DNA of 64,000 bases, taken from positions 101-64,100 of IMG/VR virus record IMGVR_UViG_3300002219_000599. One strand, 5' to 3'. The notes beneath the pieces are model-generated. The model worked only from the letters and a program-made list of their open reading frames with translations. It searched no databases and was not told where the DNA came from. Positions 34,898-45,550 of this stretch are shown here, piece after piece (within the stretch, counting starts at the first letter, position 1; each line of letters opens with the position of its first letter). Origin of the DNA: a virus. Made by a program: the position numbers and the translations under genes.

Positions 34898-37195
34898 ATG
34901 GCAAGCGGCAATAACACAGTAGTGGCCAGAGTCGGGCTTGATGACAGCGGCTTTCAGGAAGGAGTCAGCAAGATCCAAAGAAGCCTCAAGGTGGTTCAGA
35001 GTGAATTCGCAGCTGCAAGTTCAAAGCTTGGAGACTTTGGGAAGTCCACCGAAGGGCTGAAACTGAAGGCGGATAGTTTGAGCAGACAGATGGAGCTGCA
35101 GAAGGACAAGGTTGCAGCCCTTACGAAAAGCTACCAGGAGAGCGTCGAGAAAAAAGGCGCTGATGCCAAGGCCACCGAGAACCTAAAGATCAAGCTGAAC
35201 TACGCCAATGCCGAGCTTGGCAAAATGCAGCAGGAACTCAAAGCGACAACGGAGGAACTGAAACTTAAGAGTTCAGCCTGGTACAAGCTGTCCGAAAGCA
35301 TGGACAAAGCCGGAGAAAAAATGAAGGCTGTGGGGGATAAGATATCCTCAGCTGGAAAGACCTTGTCTACTGCGGTGACACTTCCTTTGCTTGGAATAGG
35401 AACTGCGGCAACAAAGATGGCTATGGATGCTGTGGAATCGGAAAACCTCTTCGAAGTGGCGATGGGAGCTGTGGCAGGTGATGCAAGGAAGTGGTCCGAG
35501 GAAACCTCCAAGGCACTAGGCTTAAACGCCTACAATGTCAGAAGCAACATGGCCACCTATAATGCCATGCTCACCTCCATGGGACTTGCATCTGATGAAT
35601 CACTAAAAATGTCAGAAGGACTGACACAGTTGTCCTATGATATGGCATCATTTTATAACCTGAAGCCAGAAGAAGCCTTCGAGAAACTAAAGTCAGGTAT
35701 ATCTGGTGAAGCCGAGCCGCTGAAAGCACTGGGTATTCTGGTTAATGATACGACAATCAAGACTTATGCTTATGCAAATGGTATTGCAAAGCAAGGAGAG
35801 CAGCTGACCGAGGCACAGAAGGTGCAGGCTCGTTATGGCGCGATCATGGAAGCAACGAAGAATGCCCAGGGAGACCTTGCAAGAACAATGGATAGCCCGA
35901 CCAACAAGCTGAGGATAATGAAGGAACAGGCGCAACAGATAGGGATTCAATTTGGGCAGATATTGATTCCGATACTTGAGAAGCTGATTGCAATCATTAA
36001 GCCTTTGATGGATAGATTTCAAGGACTCTCCAAGGAACAGCAGGAACTGATTGTAAAGATAGCTCTTATAGCGGCGGCTATAGGACCGGTTGTCATGATT
36101 ATCGGAAAGGTTGTATCGGTAGTTGGCACCTTGTCATCGGCCTTTGGTGCAATATCCGGAGCGATGGCGGCGGCAGGAGGAGCATCCGGTGCAGTGGGTG
36201 CGGCAATAACGGCGATAACCGGACCAGTCGGCATTGCCATCGCTGCAGTGGTAGGATTCATCGCTATATTTATGCTACTTTTCAAGAACAATGAGACATT
36301 TAGAAATAGTGTCATCACAGTGTGGAATCAAATCAAAGCAGTTATGGCAGGAGTTTTCGAAGCAATAAAGGTTCTAGTACAAACATTCGTTCAAGTCGCA
36401 GGAGTCATTTGGCAGAAGTACGGAGCAGATATCGTTGCTGTCATTTCAGCGGCTTTCAATGTAATCGCATCGGTAGTAACTACCGCATTGAATGTGATAA
36501 AAAACATCATCCAGATTGTAACAAGCCTCATCAAGGGGGACTGGCAGAGCGTTTGGGAAGGCATAAAGAATCTGACTCAGAATCTGTGGAATGGAATCCA
36601 AATCGTTATAAGCGGAGTGCTGAACCTGATTAAAGGGATTATCTCCGTTGAGACCAGTTTCGTGAAGAACACCATTAGCGGAGCATGGAATGCAGTAAAA
36701 TCAGTAACCTCGAGTATATGGCAGGGCATCAAGACTGCGATAGAAACTCCGATCAACGCGGCTAAAAACACAGTAAAGAATGCGATTGATGCGATCGTAG
36801 GATTTTTCAGGAACATAAAGCTACCGGAAATAAAGATACCTCAGATCAAATTGCCACACTTCGAGCTCACAGGCAAATTCAGCTTAAGCCCACCACAGGT
36901 GCCGAAGCTCTCGGTCAATTGGTACTCGACAGGTGGAATTTTCTCAAGTCCAAGCGTTATTGGTGTTGGAGAAGCCGGAACTGAGGCAGTTGTCCCGGTA
37001 GAAAAGCTCGATGAGCTCATGGCAAAGGCTCTCCAGAAGGTCGGAGTTGGAACACAGTCAAAGACGGCTGAACAGGGGATTCAAAGCGGCAATGTGACAA
37101 ACAACTACGATATTACAATAAACAATCCGAAGCCGGAAGCAGCATCCGACAGCACTCGGAGAGTGCTTCTCAGACAATCCTATGGCTTGGGATAA
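34898..37195 (+). CDS. Tape measure protein
   Basis: 765 aa, Ala/Gly-rich helical sequence, periodic Trp repeats, GVGEAGTEAVVP C-terminal motif. Confidence 0.92.
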   Translation: MASGNNTVVARVGLDDSGFQEGVSKIQRSLKVVQSEFAAASSKLGDFGKSTEGLKLKADSLSRQMELQKDKVAALTKSYQESVEKKGADAKATENLKIKLNYANAELGKMQQELKATTEELKLKSSAWYKLSESMDKAGEKMKAVGDKISSAGKTLSTAVTLPLLGIGTAATKMAMDAVESENLFEVAMGAVAGDARKWSEETSKALGLNAYNVRSNMATYNAMLTSMGLASDESLKMSEGLTQLSYDMASFYNLKPEEAFEKLKSGISGEAEPLKALGILVNDTTIKTYAYANGIAKQGEQLTEAQKVQARYGAIMEATKNAQGDLARTMDSPTNKLRIMKEQAQQIGIQFGQILIPILEKLIAIIKPLMDRFQGLSKEQQELIVKIALIAAAIGPVVMIIGKVVSVVGTLSSAFGAISGAMAAAGGASGAVGAAITAITGPVGIAIAAVVGFIAIFMLLFKNNETFRNSVITVWNQIKAVMAGVFEAIKVLVQTFVQVAGVIWQKYGADIVAVISAAFNVIASVVTTALNVIKNIIQIVTSLIKGDWQSVWEGIKNLTQNLWNGIQIVISGVLNLIKGIISVETSFVKNTISGAWNAVKSVTSSIWQGIKTAIETPINAAKNTVKNAIDAIVGFFRNIKLPEIKIPQIKLPHFELTGKFSLSPPQVPKLSVNWYSTGGIFSSPSVIGVGEAGTEAVVPVEKLDELMAKALQKVGVGTQSKTAEQGIQSGNVTNNYDITINNPKPEAASDSTRRVLLRQSYGLG

Positions 37196-37201
37196 AGGGA
37201 G

Positions 37202-38023
37202 GTGAAGCAAGATTTGAAAGGGCAAACATGGCAGTTTAATGGCGTTAGCCTAAACACCAAGGCATGGTCAGTGATAGAAGTTCCGGAAGGAATAGGAACA
37301 CCAGGACTGAGGGGCAGCAACCTACAAGTACCATTCCAAAACGGGAAGCGATGGATAAAAAAGAGATACGATGAAAGAATCATTATGTTGCCAATGTGGG
37401 TGAGAGGACTTGACCCTTTGACAGGAAAACTGCCGAGCGGCAAAAGCGAAAATGAAGCCTTGTATGACAATGTCGACTACTTGAGTGGCATATTAGGCAA
37501 ACGCGGACAGTTTGTCCTGAAAAGAATTCTTCCGGATGGAACTGTAAGAGAGGCAATAGCTGAAGTCTACAGACCTGTCAGTTTTGGAAAGACTCAGGCT
37601 GGACACGCCAAATTCGCAGTGGAATTCGTGCTTTCAAATCCGTTTTTCTATGCTTCCCAGACCGCTCAGGAAACACAGAGTATAATTTCGACAATCCAGG
37701 AATGGAGCCACAATAATTTGGGAAATGCTCCGGTTACAGATGCAATCATCACTATGACTGGACCGTTGGAATCACCAAAGCTTGAATTCCTGGACAGCGA
37801 TGTGTGGCTTCAGTACCAGGGTAGCATTGGATCAGGAGAAAGTGTAGTTATAAACACCGGAGATTTTAAATGCACAAAGGGTACCACCAACATGCTCTCT
37901 GCTATAAGACATGGAGGAGACGCATACTGGTTCGTGCTTGAAGCAGGGTATAACCAATTGAGATTAACAAACGGAGTGTCGGGTGGCAGCATCAAGCTGG
38001 AATATTACCCAGCATTTTTTTAG
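37202..38023 (+). CDS. Distal tail protein (Dit-like)
   Basis: Directly after the tape measure gene; NPFFY and LEAGYNQL motifs. Confidence 0.72.
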   Translation: MKQDLKGQTWQFNGVSLNTKAWSVIEVPEGIGTPGLRGSNLQVPFQNGKRWIKKRYDERIIMLPMWVRGLDPLTGKLPSGKSENEALYDNVDYLSGILGKRGQFVLKRILPDGTVREAIAEVYRPVSFGKTQAGHAKFAVEFVLSNPFFYASQTAQETQSIISTIQEWSHNNLGNAPVTDAIITMTGPLESPKLEFLDSDVWLQYQGSIGSGESVVINTGDFKCTKGTTNMLSAIRHGGDAYWFVLEAGYNQLRLTNGVSGGSIKLEYYPAFF

Positions 38024-38026
38024 GAG

Positions 38027-38905
38027 GTGGAGGCAATGTACGCAGAAGTAGCAGAACACAGAATGCCATATGATATTGATGGAACAGAGGTAGGCTTTCG
38101 AAGTATGTCGGACATCAATACGATTGATCAGATAATCGGTAACGGCTTGGCATCCTGGCTTGACAGCACAGCAAAAGGCAACTTGAACAAAGAGAACAGA
38201 TCTCAGTCCTGGAAGGTTGCTGATTATAGGTTGGGAGCAGCCTTTTGGTTTTTCTTTCCTGAACTTAGGGAAGTCAATAAAGTATCATTCCATTGGGGTT
38301 CTACGACTGCCAGCACTTTTGTAAGTCAAACAATTCAGGGTTCGGCTGATACAACAAATGGAGTTGATGGAACCTGGGAAACTGGCGTTTATACAATTCC
38401 GGCAGCAAACACAGACATGGACCATTGGAGAAATAAAATATTTACACTTTCTTTTTCTGGTCCAGTAAAAGCAATCAGAATAGGATTTCGCGAAACTTCA
38501 CCGCAATTTGATGATTTATATTTGTGCGGGATTCATCTTTATGGAAGAAAGGCTGCAGGGGAACAGCCGGATGATGTTGCTCTAACAGATGCATCTGGAG
38601 TCGAGCTGACCTCACTTATAGATTTTGGAGATCAGCCGGAAGGAACAACGGAAATACAAAGCTTTAAAATCAAAAATACAAGCAGCTCAAAGATTGCCAA
38701 CAATGTAAACATTCAGCTCAATCATGGAGATTTTACGATTTCATTCAGTCAGGATGGGCCGTGGCAAAGTGTGCTAGATATTTCTTCAATTGGACCAGGC
38801 TCGTTATCCAGCACAATATTTGTCAGAAACCTGCTAGGACCACCGCTTTTGACATTAGGACCAAAGGCAGCGAGGGCTATAGTTACAGTCGGGACTTGGT
38901 CATAA
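38027..38905 (+). CDS. Minor tail protein (beta-sandwich/Ig-like)
   Basis: Position in tail module; IDFGD...FKIKN Ig-like C-terminal segment. Confidence 0.6.
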   Translation: MEAMYAEVAEHRMPYDIDGTEVGFRSMSDINTIDQIIGNGLASWLDSTAKGNLNKENRSQSWKVADYRLGAAFWFFFPELREVNKVSFHWGSTTASTFVSQTIQGSADTTNGVDGTWETGVYTIPAANTDMDHWRNKIFTLSFSGPVKAIRIGFRETSPQFDDLYLCGIHLYGRKAAGEQPDDVALTDASGVELTSLIDFGDQPEGTTEIQSFKIKNTSSSKIANNVNIQLNHGDFTISFSQDGPWQSVLDISSIGPGSLSSTIFVRNLLGPPLLTLGPKAARAIVTVGTWS

Positions 38906-38918
38906 AGGGGGTGATTAG

Positions 38919-41678
38919 ATGAGCCTTCCAAGCATAAATCTTGTCAGCCCTGCAAATCAGGTGAATTTGACTGTGACAATTAGTGCCTTTGATGCAACCT
39001 ATAGCGATAATACGAATCAGCTGGTTGCCTCATCAGTCAAATTCGAGATTGATACGGTCAGCACATTCAATAGCTCAAATAAGATTACAAGTGAATATTT
39101 GAGTGTTAAGCACAACTCCACCTGCCGGATGGCTACGATACTATCCAATGGAACGTGGTACTGGCGGGTAACCGCAACTAATGCAAGTGGCACGACAGTA
39201 TCGCAGACACAATCGCTAACTGTAAGCCAAGTGCTGAAAAGAGCGTTCTCGTTCTACGAGAATATTGGGAAATTTGATTCTTGGGCCAACAAGAGGATTA
39301 TTGCAGTTTATGAGAATGTTGCTAAGCTGAATCTTTGGCCAAGAAAAAGGACAATGGCTTTCTACGAGAACGTTGCAAAAGCGAATATCTGGACAGACCA
39401 AAGAGCGCTATATGAGTATGAGAATATCACCAGTGATCCGCCATTTCCATTTATCGAAAGACTGTCTACTACAAGGGCATCTGAAGGCTCAGTAGTAACA
39501 ATCTACGGTAATGGTTTTGGTACCAAGGCCGAAGCTGATCCATTAAATACAGATCGGGCAGCAAGAGGCTATGGCGGCTATGTTTATATTGGTACCCAGC
39601 TATGCAATGTGATTTCTTGGAGCTGGGAGAAGATCGTGTTCCAGATACCGCAGGAGGCTGAAAGTGGAGCGGTCAAGGTCGCTCTGACAGTGCCTGACCC
39701 GCCCGGTGTGCGGTATAGTAATGTGATCGGAATGGAAGTCTACGATTCGGAGCCAGCTGATGATATTGGGATTGAGCTTTTTGTATGCGACAAGAATAAT
39801 CCGAACAGCATTCTATGCCAGCTTGATGGGGCGAAGAATAAGTCATTTCAAGTGCTACTGAATAATCCTGGGAGTGGTAAGTTTTCAATCAGCAGGTATG
39901 ATGAGAAGGGTGGTAGCAGGGATTACGTAACTGACCAGAATTTAATCCTTTGCAGGCTTGATGGTATTGATCTTTTCAAATGGATCATTGAAACAAGAAG
40001 ACCGTCTTACGTGGATGACAGTGAGCAGCAGATGATCGAAGTGGGCGGGAGAGGAGTTCTCTCGCTTCTTGACCGTGCGGTTGTGTATCCAGAAGGGATG
40101 CCAAACCCAGTGACGCTTGAAAGAACTTTTACCGATGCACATGGAGGTGCGATTTTAATACAGCTTATGTTGGAGGCTCAGCAGAGAGGGTGTCTGCAGG
40201 GTGTTGCTATTGATTGGACTGCTGATGCAGATACTCTTGGCAATCCATTTGAGGATTCCACAACCATCTCATTTCATTCAGGTACACCGCTTTCACAGGT
40301 GGCAACAAAGCTTAGTGAGGGAATGGGATTGTTCGATATTGAGATGACTCCGACCTTGCATCTTAAGCTATATAAGGCGAAGGGTGCTGATAAATATGAC
40401 ACAGTAAAATACAGACCAGGACAAGCAATCGTGAAACTTCAGAACCAAAGTGACAGTTCAAATATGACGAATTCACTACTGGTCGAAGGTGAAAGCGGCA
40501 GCCTTATTGAAACGGCACATCCTACGAGCCAGATGGACTGGGGGAGGCGTGAAGGCTATCTGCAGGCAAGAAATATCCCAAGCGACTGGGCCAAACTTCA
40601 GGACTATGGACAATTGTTTTTAAGAAATGCAGCTCAGGTGAGTTGGGGGATTCAAGGCACTGTAATTAAGTTTATTGATTCTGAGGGCAATAAGCTGAAG
40701 CCATTTGAAACCTTCATGATGGGTGACTGGATCGGTTGGTATATACCGCCGGAAGGAAGCGACACAGAAGGCTTTGATGGAAAGGTCAGAGTGAAGGGAA
40801 TCACCTGCGAGGAAGATGAAGCAGGAGCATTAAGTTATGTCCTTGAACTCAACAACATCATGCTTGAGCATGAGATCCGCATGAACCAGCTTGTCGAGCG
40901 GATGTCTATGTTTACACAAAACAGCTCTCTGTCGGCACCGGCTACCGAAAGCCCTGCAGGGGTTAGTCATAATCATACCCACTCCATGCTTCTTGGGCTG
41001 AATTCCGATGACCACCCTCAATATTATAACGAAGAAAGGCATGCAACTGATTTGCACAGCGGAATTGCGAGGGTAGCAAGTCTTAAAAAATCCGGTGCTA
41101 ATGAGCTGACTGGCGTGATCACCCTTGCAGCTGGAAACAATATTTCTATCGTTCAGGATGATACAAATAAGACCTTTACAATTGCAGCAAGTGCTACAAT
41201 AAGCAGCAATCAGTGGTTCAATTTCTGGACAGGGAATCCTAGCAAGAGTACCGCAACCCAAATGTCAAAAGGAGTATATTTAACACCTGAAACAGATGTT
41301 ATTGTAAAAGGAATTTCAGCTGTGCTGGAGGATACAGGTAGAGATATCAAATTTGCTATTTACGAATTGTCATCAGCTAATGTTCAAATCGGAAGTGCGA
41401 TAGTAGAGTCCTCGAATATTACGATGACTGGTAAAAAGAATTATATTGCCAAGTTATCTACGCCAGTTACATTAAAAGCTGGCCACTACTATGCTTTGGC
41501 GGCAGTTTTACAAAGTGGTACAACTCTTGGAGCTTGTTCAAGCACTTATGTTAAGGACACCATATTGACTGGTGCAAACGGATACTTGCGACTTGTTGGT
41601 ACACCAGCAAACGGTGCGGTTTGGGAAGTAGCTGTCGGGACTTCTCCATACGCATTTGGAATGCTAATAGAAGTTTAA
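38919..41678 (+). CDS. Multidomain tail tip/hub protein
   Basis: N-terminal FN3-like WYWRVTA; four 18-aa repeats; IPT/TIG-like VTIYGNGFG...WSWEKI; hub-like middle; C-terminal beta-rich domain. Confidence 0.7.
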   Translation: MSLPSINLVSPANQVNLTVTISAFDATYSDNTNQLVASSVKFEIDTVSTFNSSNKITSEYLSVKHNSTCRMATILSNGTWYWRVTATNASGTTVSQTQSLTVSQVLKRAFSFYENIGKFDSWANKRIIAVYENVAKLNLWPRKRTMAFYENVAKANIWTDQRALYEYENITSDPPFPFIERLSTTRASEGSVVTIYGNGFGTKAEADPLNTDRAARGYGGYVYIGTQLCNVISWSWEKIVFQIPQEAESGAVKVALTVPDPPGVRYSNVIGMEVYDSEPADDIGIELFVCDKNNPNSILCQLDGAKNKSFQVLLNNPGSGKFSISRYDEKGGSRDYVTDQNLILCRLDGIDLFKWIIETRRPSYVDDSEQQMIEVGGRGVLSLLDRAVVYPEGMPNPVTLERTFTDAHGGAILIQLMLEAQQRGCLQGVAIDWTADADTLGNPFEDSTTISFHSGTPLSQVATKLSEGMGLFDIEMTPTLHLKLYKAKGADKYDTVKYRPGQAIVKLQNQSDSSNMTNSLLVEGESGSLIETAHPTSQMDWGRREGYLQARNIPSDWAKLQDYGQLFLRNAAQVSWGIQGTVIKFIDSEGNKLKPFETFMMGDWIGWYIPPEGSDTEGFDGKVRVKGITCEEDEAGALSYVLELNNIMLEHEIRMNQLVERMSMFTQNSSLSAPATESPAGVSHNHTHSMLLGLNSDDHPQYYNEERHATDLHSGIARVASLKKSGANELTGVITLAAGNNISIVQDDTNKTFTIAASATISSNQWFNFWTGNPSKSTATQMSKGVYLTPETDVIVKGISAVLEDTGRDIKFAIYELSSANVQIGSAIVESSNITMTGKKNYIAKLSTPVTLKAGHYYALAAVLQSGTTLGACSSTYVKDTILTGANGYLRLVGTPANGAVWEVAVGTSPYAFGMLIEV

Positions 41679-41750
41679 ATGAAGTAAATCAATCAAATTG
41701 CACTGAGCCAAAGGGCTCTATTTTTATTTAGAAACAAGGAGGATTAATAC

Positions 41751-42152
41751 ATGAAAGACATCATTAATACTATTCAAATTGTCATTGCTGCAGTAGGCGG
41801 CTATATGGGTTATTTTTTAGGGGGCCTTGATGGGTTTCTCTATGCGTTGATAGCTTTTGTGGTCATCGATTACTTGACGGGCATCATGGTGGCTGTTTTA
41901 GAGAAACGGCTGTCAAGCGAGGTGGGCTTCAGAGGCATTTTCAAGAAGGTGCTTATCTTTTCACTGGTAGCAGTGGCGCATATCGTTGATTCCCAACTTA
42001 TCCAAACCGGAAGCGCTATTCGCACTGCAGTCATTTTCTTCTATTTATCGAATGAAGGAATCAGCATTCTGGAAAACACAGCGAAAATCGGTTTGCCTGT
42101 TCCTGAAAAACTAAAGACGGTGCTGGAGCAGCTGAACAAGGAGGAGAAATAA
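41751..42152 (+). CDS. Holin (phage_holin_4 type)
   Basis: LGGLDG...DYLTG...FFYLSNEGISILEN...GLPVPEKLK. Confidence 0.9.
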   Translation: MKDIINTIQIVIAAVGGYMGYFLGGLDGFLYALIAFVVIDYLTGIMVAVLEKRLSSEVGFRGIFKKVLIFSLVAVAHIVDSQLIQTGSAIRTAVIFFYLSNEGISILENTAKIGLPVPEKLKTVLEQLNKEEK

Positions 42153-42153
42153 G

Positions 42154-42963
42154 ATGGGAGTGAAAGTTTGCCTTGATGCCGGCCACTATGCGAAATACAA
42201 TCAGTCCCCGGCAAACAAGAGTTACTATGAATCCGACATGGTGTGGAGACTGCATTTGCTTCTTAAACTGGAACTTGAAAAGTACGGTGTGAACGTAATT
42301 ACTACCAGAAAAGAACAGCATATTGATTTGGGGGTTTATAACAGAGGGGTTGCATCAAAAGGGTGCGACTTTTTTATTTCTCTTCATTCCAATGCGGCGG
42401 GAAACTGCACGGACGAAAGTGTGGACTACCCGGTTGCCTATGTGCTTCTCAATGGATCAAGCAGTGAGCTTGGGGCTAAGCTGGCAAAGGTCGTGGAGAG
42501 AGTTATGGGAACGAAGCAGCCAGGCAGAACTTCTACACGTAGGGGAAGCAATGGCGAATACTACGGTGTGCTTCGAGGCGCAGACGCAGTGAGCACACCA
42601 GCAATTATACTTGAGCATTCTTTCCACACCAATACAGCTACGACAAACTGGCTGCTAAATGACGCTAATCTCATGAAGCTGGCAAGCGCCGAAGCGGAGT
42701 GCATTGCAGAGTATTACGGCTTGAAAAAGAAATCGGATGCCACAAGCTTCAAACCCTATCCTGTGAGAGTTTCTATCAGAAACCTAAACATCCGGAAAGG
42801 TCCGGGAACAAATTATGGAACCATTGGCAAGTACACAGGAGAGGGTGTATTCACCATCGTCGATGAAGTAGAAGGTAAAGGGGCAACAAAGTGGGGACTT
42901 CTTAAGTCCTACGCGGATAATCGAAACGGTTGGATTTCCTTGGACTATGCAGAGAAGATCTAA
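42154..42963 (+). CDS. Endolysin: N-acetylmuramoyl-L-alanine amidase (Amidase_3) plus SH3-like domain
   Basis: LDAGH, FISLHSNA, ILEHSFH; C-terminal LNIRKGPGTNY...GWISLDY. Confidence 0.9.
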   Translation: MGVKVCLDAGHYAKYNQSPANKSYYESDMVWRLHLLLKLELEKYGVNVITTRKEQHIDLGVYNRGVASKGCDFFISLHSNAAGNCTDESVDYPVAYVLLNGSSSELGAKLAKVVERVMGTKQPGRTSTRRGSNGEYYGVLRGADAVSTPAIILEHSFHTNTATTNWLLNDANLMKLASAEAECIAEYYGLKKKSDATSFKPYPVRVSIRNLNIRKGPGTNYGTIGKYTGEGVFTIVDEVEGKGATKWGLLKSYADNRNGWISLDYAEKI

Positions 42964-43063
42964 GAAACAGGTCGGGCGGACTACGGTTTGTCCGGCCTAT
43001 ATTTTTTAAGGTTTATCTGTTTGGGTGGACTAATTATTTAAAACCTGGAAACAGCTGTAATGC

Positions 43064-43106
43064 TTGACTTATAGCGCTTTAAGAGTGATATATGTTACTA
43101 CCAAAA
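43064..43106 (+). promoter_or_regulatory. Conserved promoter-like motif, copy 3
   Basis: TTGACTTATAGCGCTTTAAGAGTGATATATGTTACTACCAAAA upstream of the recombinase cluster. Confidence 0.65.
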
Positions 43107-43125
43107 TTAGAAAGGAGGGAGCTAG

Positions 43126-44355
43126 ATGCGAGTAAAAGCTATTCAAGCTATAGAACCAATAAAAGTAAATAAGCTGAGAGTATGTGCCTATGCCAGGGTG
43201 TCAACGGATGAAGAAAGCCAAGGTCGTTCACTTGAAAATCAAGAGACCCATTATAAAAACGCCATAACAAGTAATCCTAATTATGAATTTGCTGGAGTGT
43301 ATACCGACCAAGGAATCTCAGGATATTCTGAAAACAGGCCTGGATTTCAAAAAATGCTTGATGAAGCACGGGCTGGAAACATCGATTTAATCATAACCAA
43401 ATCCATATCAAGATTTGCAAGAAATACCGTAACCATTCTTAAAGTTGTAAGGGAACTAAAAAGCTTGGGTGTCGGTATTCTTTTTGAAGAGCAAAACATC
43501 AACACATTATCGCAAGAGGGAGAACTGTTAATGACCACAATGGCTGCTTTTGCTGAAGAAGAAAGCAAAGCCATGCGAGACAACTCAAAATGGACTATCC
43601 AGAAAAAATTTGAACGCGGAGACATTATGATCAATACAACCCGGTTCCTTGGTTATGATCTGGATGAGTACGGCGATATGGTCATTAATCAGGAACAGGC
43701 AGTTATTGTAAGAAAGATATTTCAGATGTATCTGGATGGCATGGGTTGCTTCAAGATAGCAAAGGAGCTTAACCGTGAAAAAATACCAACAATAACAGGT
43801 TCTAAATGGAGCGATGGTACTATCAAAGGAATTTTGACCAATGAGAAATACAAAGGTGATTATCTTTTGCAAAAGTATTATACGCCGGAGGGTAAAAGGC
43901 ATCAGACTACAAGAAACCGAGGTGAACTTCAAAGCTATTATATTAGTGAAAACCATCCGGCCATTATAACTACGGAGGATTGGGAAAAAGTTCAGATTCT
44001 TATGAAGGAGCATGCTAAGGTCAAGGGAATCGACTATGAAAATCTTGATAAATATCTAAACAGGTATCCTCTAACAGGAATGCTGGTTTGTCCGTATTGC
44101 GGGAAAAACCTGCGCAGGAGATACGTTTATGACAAAAAAGTACAATGGATTTGCAGCACCTACATTTTAGAAGGCAAAGAAGTCTGTAAAGGCATAAGGA
44201 TAGATGATGACTGGATTAAGAAGCAAGGGATTAGTAAACCCACAGTTGTTGAAGAAGTAACCGTAAGAGGAGAAAAGCGGTACCGTTTAACTGAAAAGGA
44301 CCTCTTTGATTTGTTGGAAGAGGAGCGTAAGCAGTATGCAAGTAAAAAAGATTGA
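43126..44355 (+). CDS. Large serine recombinase 1
   Basis: AYARVST, KSISRFARN, NEKYKGD and a CPYC Zn ribbon; short C-terminus. Confidence 0.9.
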   Translation: MRVKAIQAIEPIKVNKLRVCAYARVSTDEESQGRSLENQETHYKNAITSNPNYEFAGVYTDQGISGYSENRPGFQKMLDEARAGNIDLIITKSISRFARNTVTILKVVRELKSLGVGILFEEQNINTLSQEGELLMTTMAAFAEEESKAMRDNSKWTIQKKFERGDIMINTTRFLGYDLDEYGDMVINQEQAVIVRKIFQMYLDGMGCFKIAKELNREKIPTITGSKWSDGTIKGILTNEKYKGDYLLQKYYTPEGKRHQTTRNRGELQSYYISENHPAIITTEDWEKVQILMKEHAKVKGIDYENLDKYLNRYPLTGMLVCPYCGKNLRRRYVYDKKVQWICSTYILEGKEVCKGIRIDDDWIKKQGISKPTVVEEVTVRGEKRYRLTEKDLFDLLEEERKQYASKKD

Positions 44356-45550
44356 ATTAAAAGATGAAGAAAAGAAGCTTAAAGTATGCGCATACATTCG
44401 TGTATCAACAACGCATGACAAGCAATTAGAGTCCTTGGATAATCAAAGGTTATATTATGAAAACAAGATCAGGAATAATCCTGATTATGAATATTGTGGC
44501 ATTTACTGCGACACTGGGATTTCTGGCTCGAAAGAAAACAGAGAAGGACTGCAGAGCATGATGGCAGCTGCTAGGGCTGGAAAGATAGATCTGATTTTAA
44601 CAAAATCAATATCAAGATTTGCCCGCAGCACAAGAATCGTACTGAAATATGTCAGGGAACTGCAACAATTAGGAGTTGCCATAGAATTTGAGGAGCAGCA
44701 GTTGAATTCATCAACGGCCAACGGAGAAGTAATGCTGACTATAATGGCGTCCTTTGCTGAGGAAGAACGAAAAAATATATCTAATAACATAAAATGGTCT
44801 ACGAGAAAAAGGTTCAAGCAAGGTGTAATACTTCTGGATACGAACAGGTTCATGGGATATGTAAAGGACAAAGACGGCAAGTTAATTATTCAGGAAGAAG
44901 AGGCAGAAGTAATCCGGTTGATTTACAAAAGATATTTAGAAGGGGCTTCGGCATATAAAATTGCCAAAGAGCTTAATACTTTGAAAATACCTACAGACAA
45001 TGACTATGAGTGGTCGGGCCAGAGAATTCTCAGAATGATATCAAACGAAAAATACAAAGGTGATTGTTTGCTTCAAAAAAGTTTTGTGTCTGAATACACA
45101 GGAAAACAGCAAAAAAATTGTGGAGAGATAGGGCAGTACTATATTAGAAACAATCACGAAGCGATTATATCTAAAGATGACTGGGAGAAGGCGCAGAGCT
45201 TGAGAAAATCCAGGAAACAAAAAACATATCCCTTCAGCGGGATGCTGCATTGCCCTTATTGTGAAGCCAAACTCATCAGGCGTATAAAATGGAAGGAAAA
45301 GTATGACTGGGTTTGCGCCACATATTTAACGGAGGGCAAGAGCATCTGCAATGGAATAAAGGTGCCGGAAAGCGCTCTTGAGGGTATGGAATTTGCAGAA
45401 AATATTGTAGTTGAGGAGATAGACGACCATGGAGAGAAAAGTTACATCTTTACCCCGAAAAAGGATTTTAAAAGAACAAAGACACAAGATGAAAGTAGCT
45501 GCCTATTGCCGAGTATCAACAAGCAGCGAAGAACAGTTATTAAGCTATAA
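44336..45550 (+). CDS. Large serine recombinase 2
   Basis: AYIRVST, KSISRFARS, NEKYKGD, CPYC; RBS GAGGAG before ATG 44336. Confidence 0.9.
   Translation: MQVKKIELKDEEKKLKVCAYIRVSTTHDKQLESLDNQRLYYENKIRNNPDYEYCGIYCDTGISGSKENREGLQSMMAAARAGKIDLILTKSISRFARSTRIVLKYVRELQQLGVAIEFEEQQLNSSTANGEVMLTIMASFAEEERKNISNNIKWSTRKRFKQGVILLDTNRFMGYVKDKDGKLIIQEEEAEVIRLIYKRYLEGASAYKIAKELNTLKIPTDNDYEWSGQRILRMISNEKYKGDCLLQKSFVSEYTGKQQKNCGEIGQYYIRNNHEAIISKDDWEKAQSLRKSRKQKTYPFSGMLHCPYCEAKLIRRIKWKEKYDWVCATYLTEGKSICNGIKVPESALEGMEFAENIVVEEIDDHGEKSYIFTPKKDFKRTKTQDESSCLLPSINKQRRTVIKL

Noticed and set aside
42972..43007. Third CGGAC...GTCCG operator copy after the endolysin gene
   Set aside because: Spacer is 8 nt rather than 7 and it sits in a GC hairpin followed by a T run, better explained as a terminator
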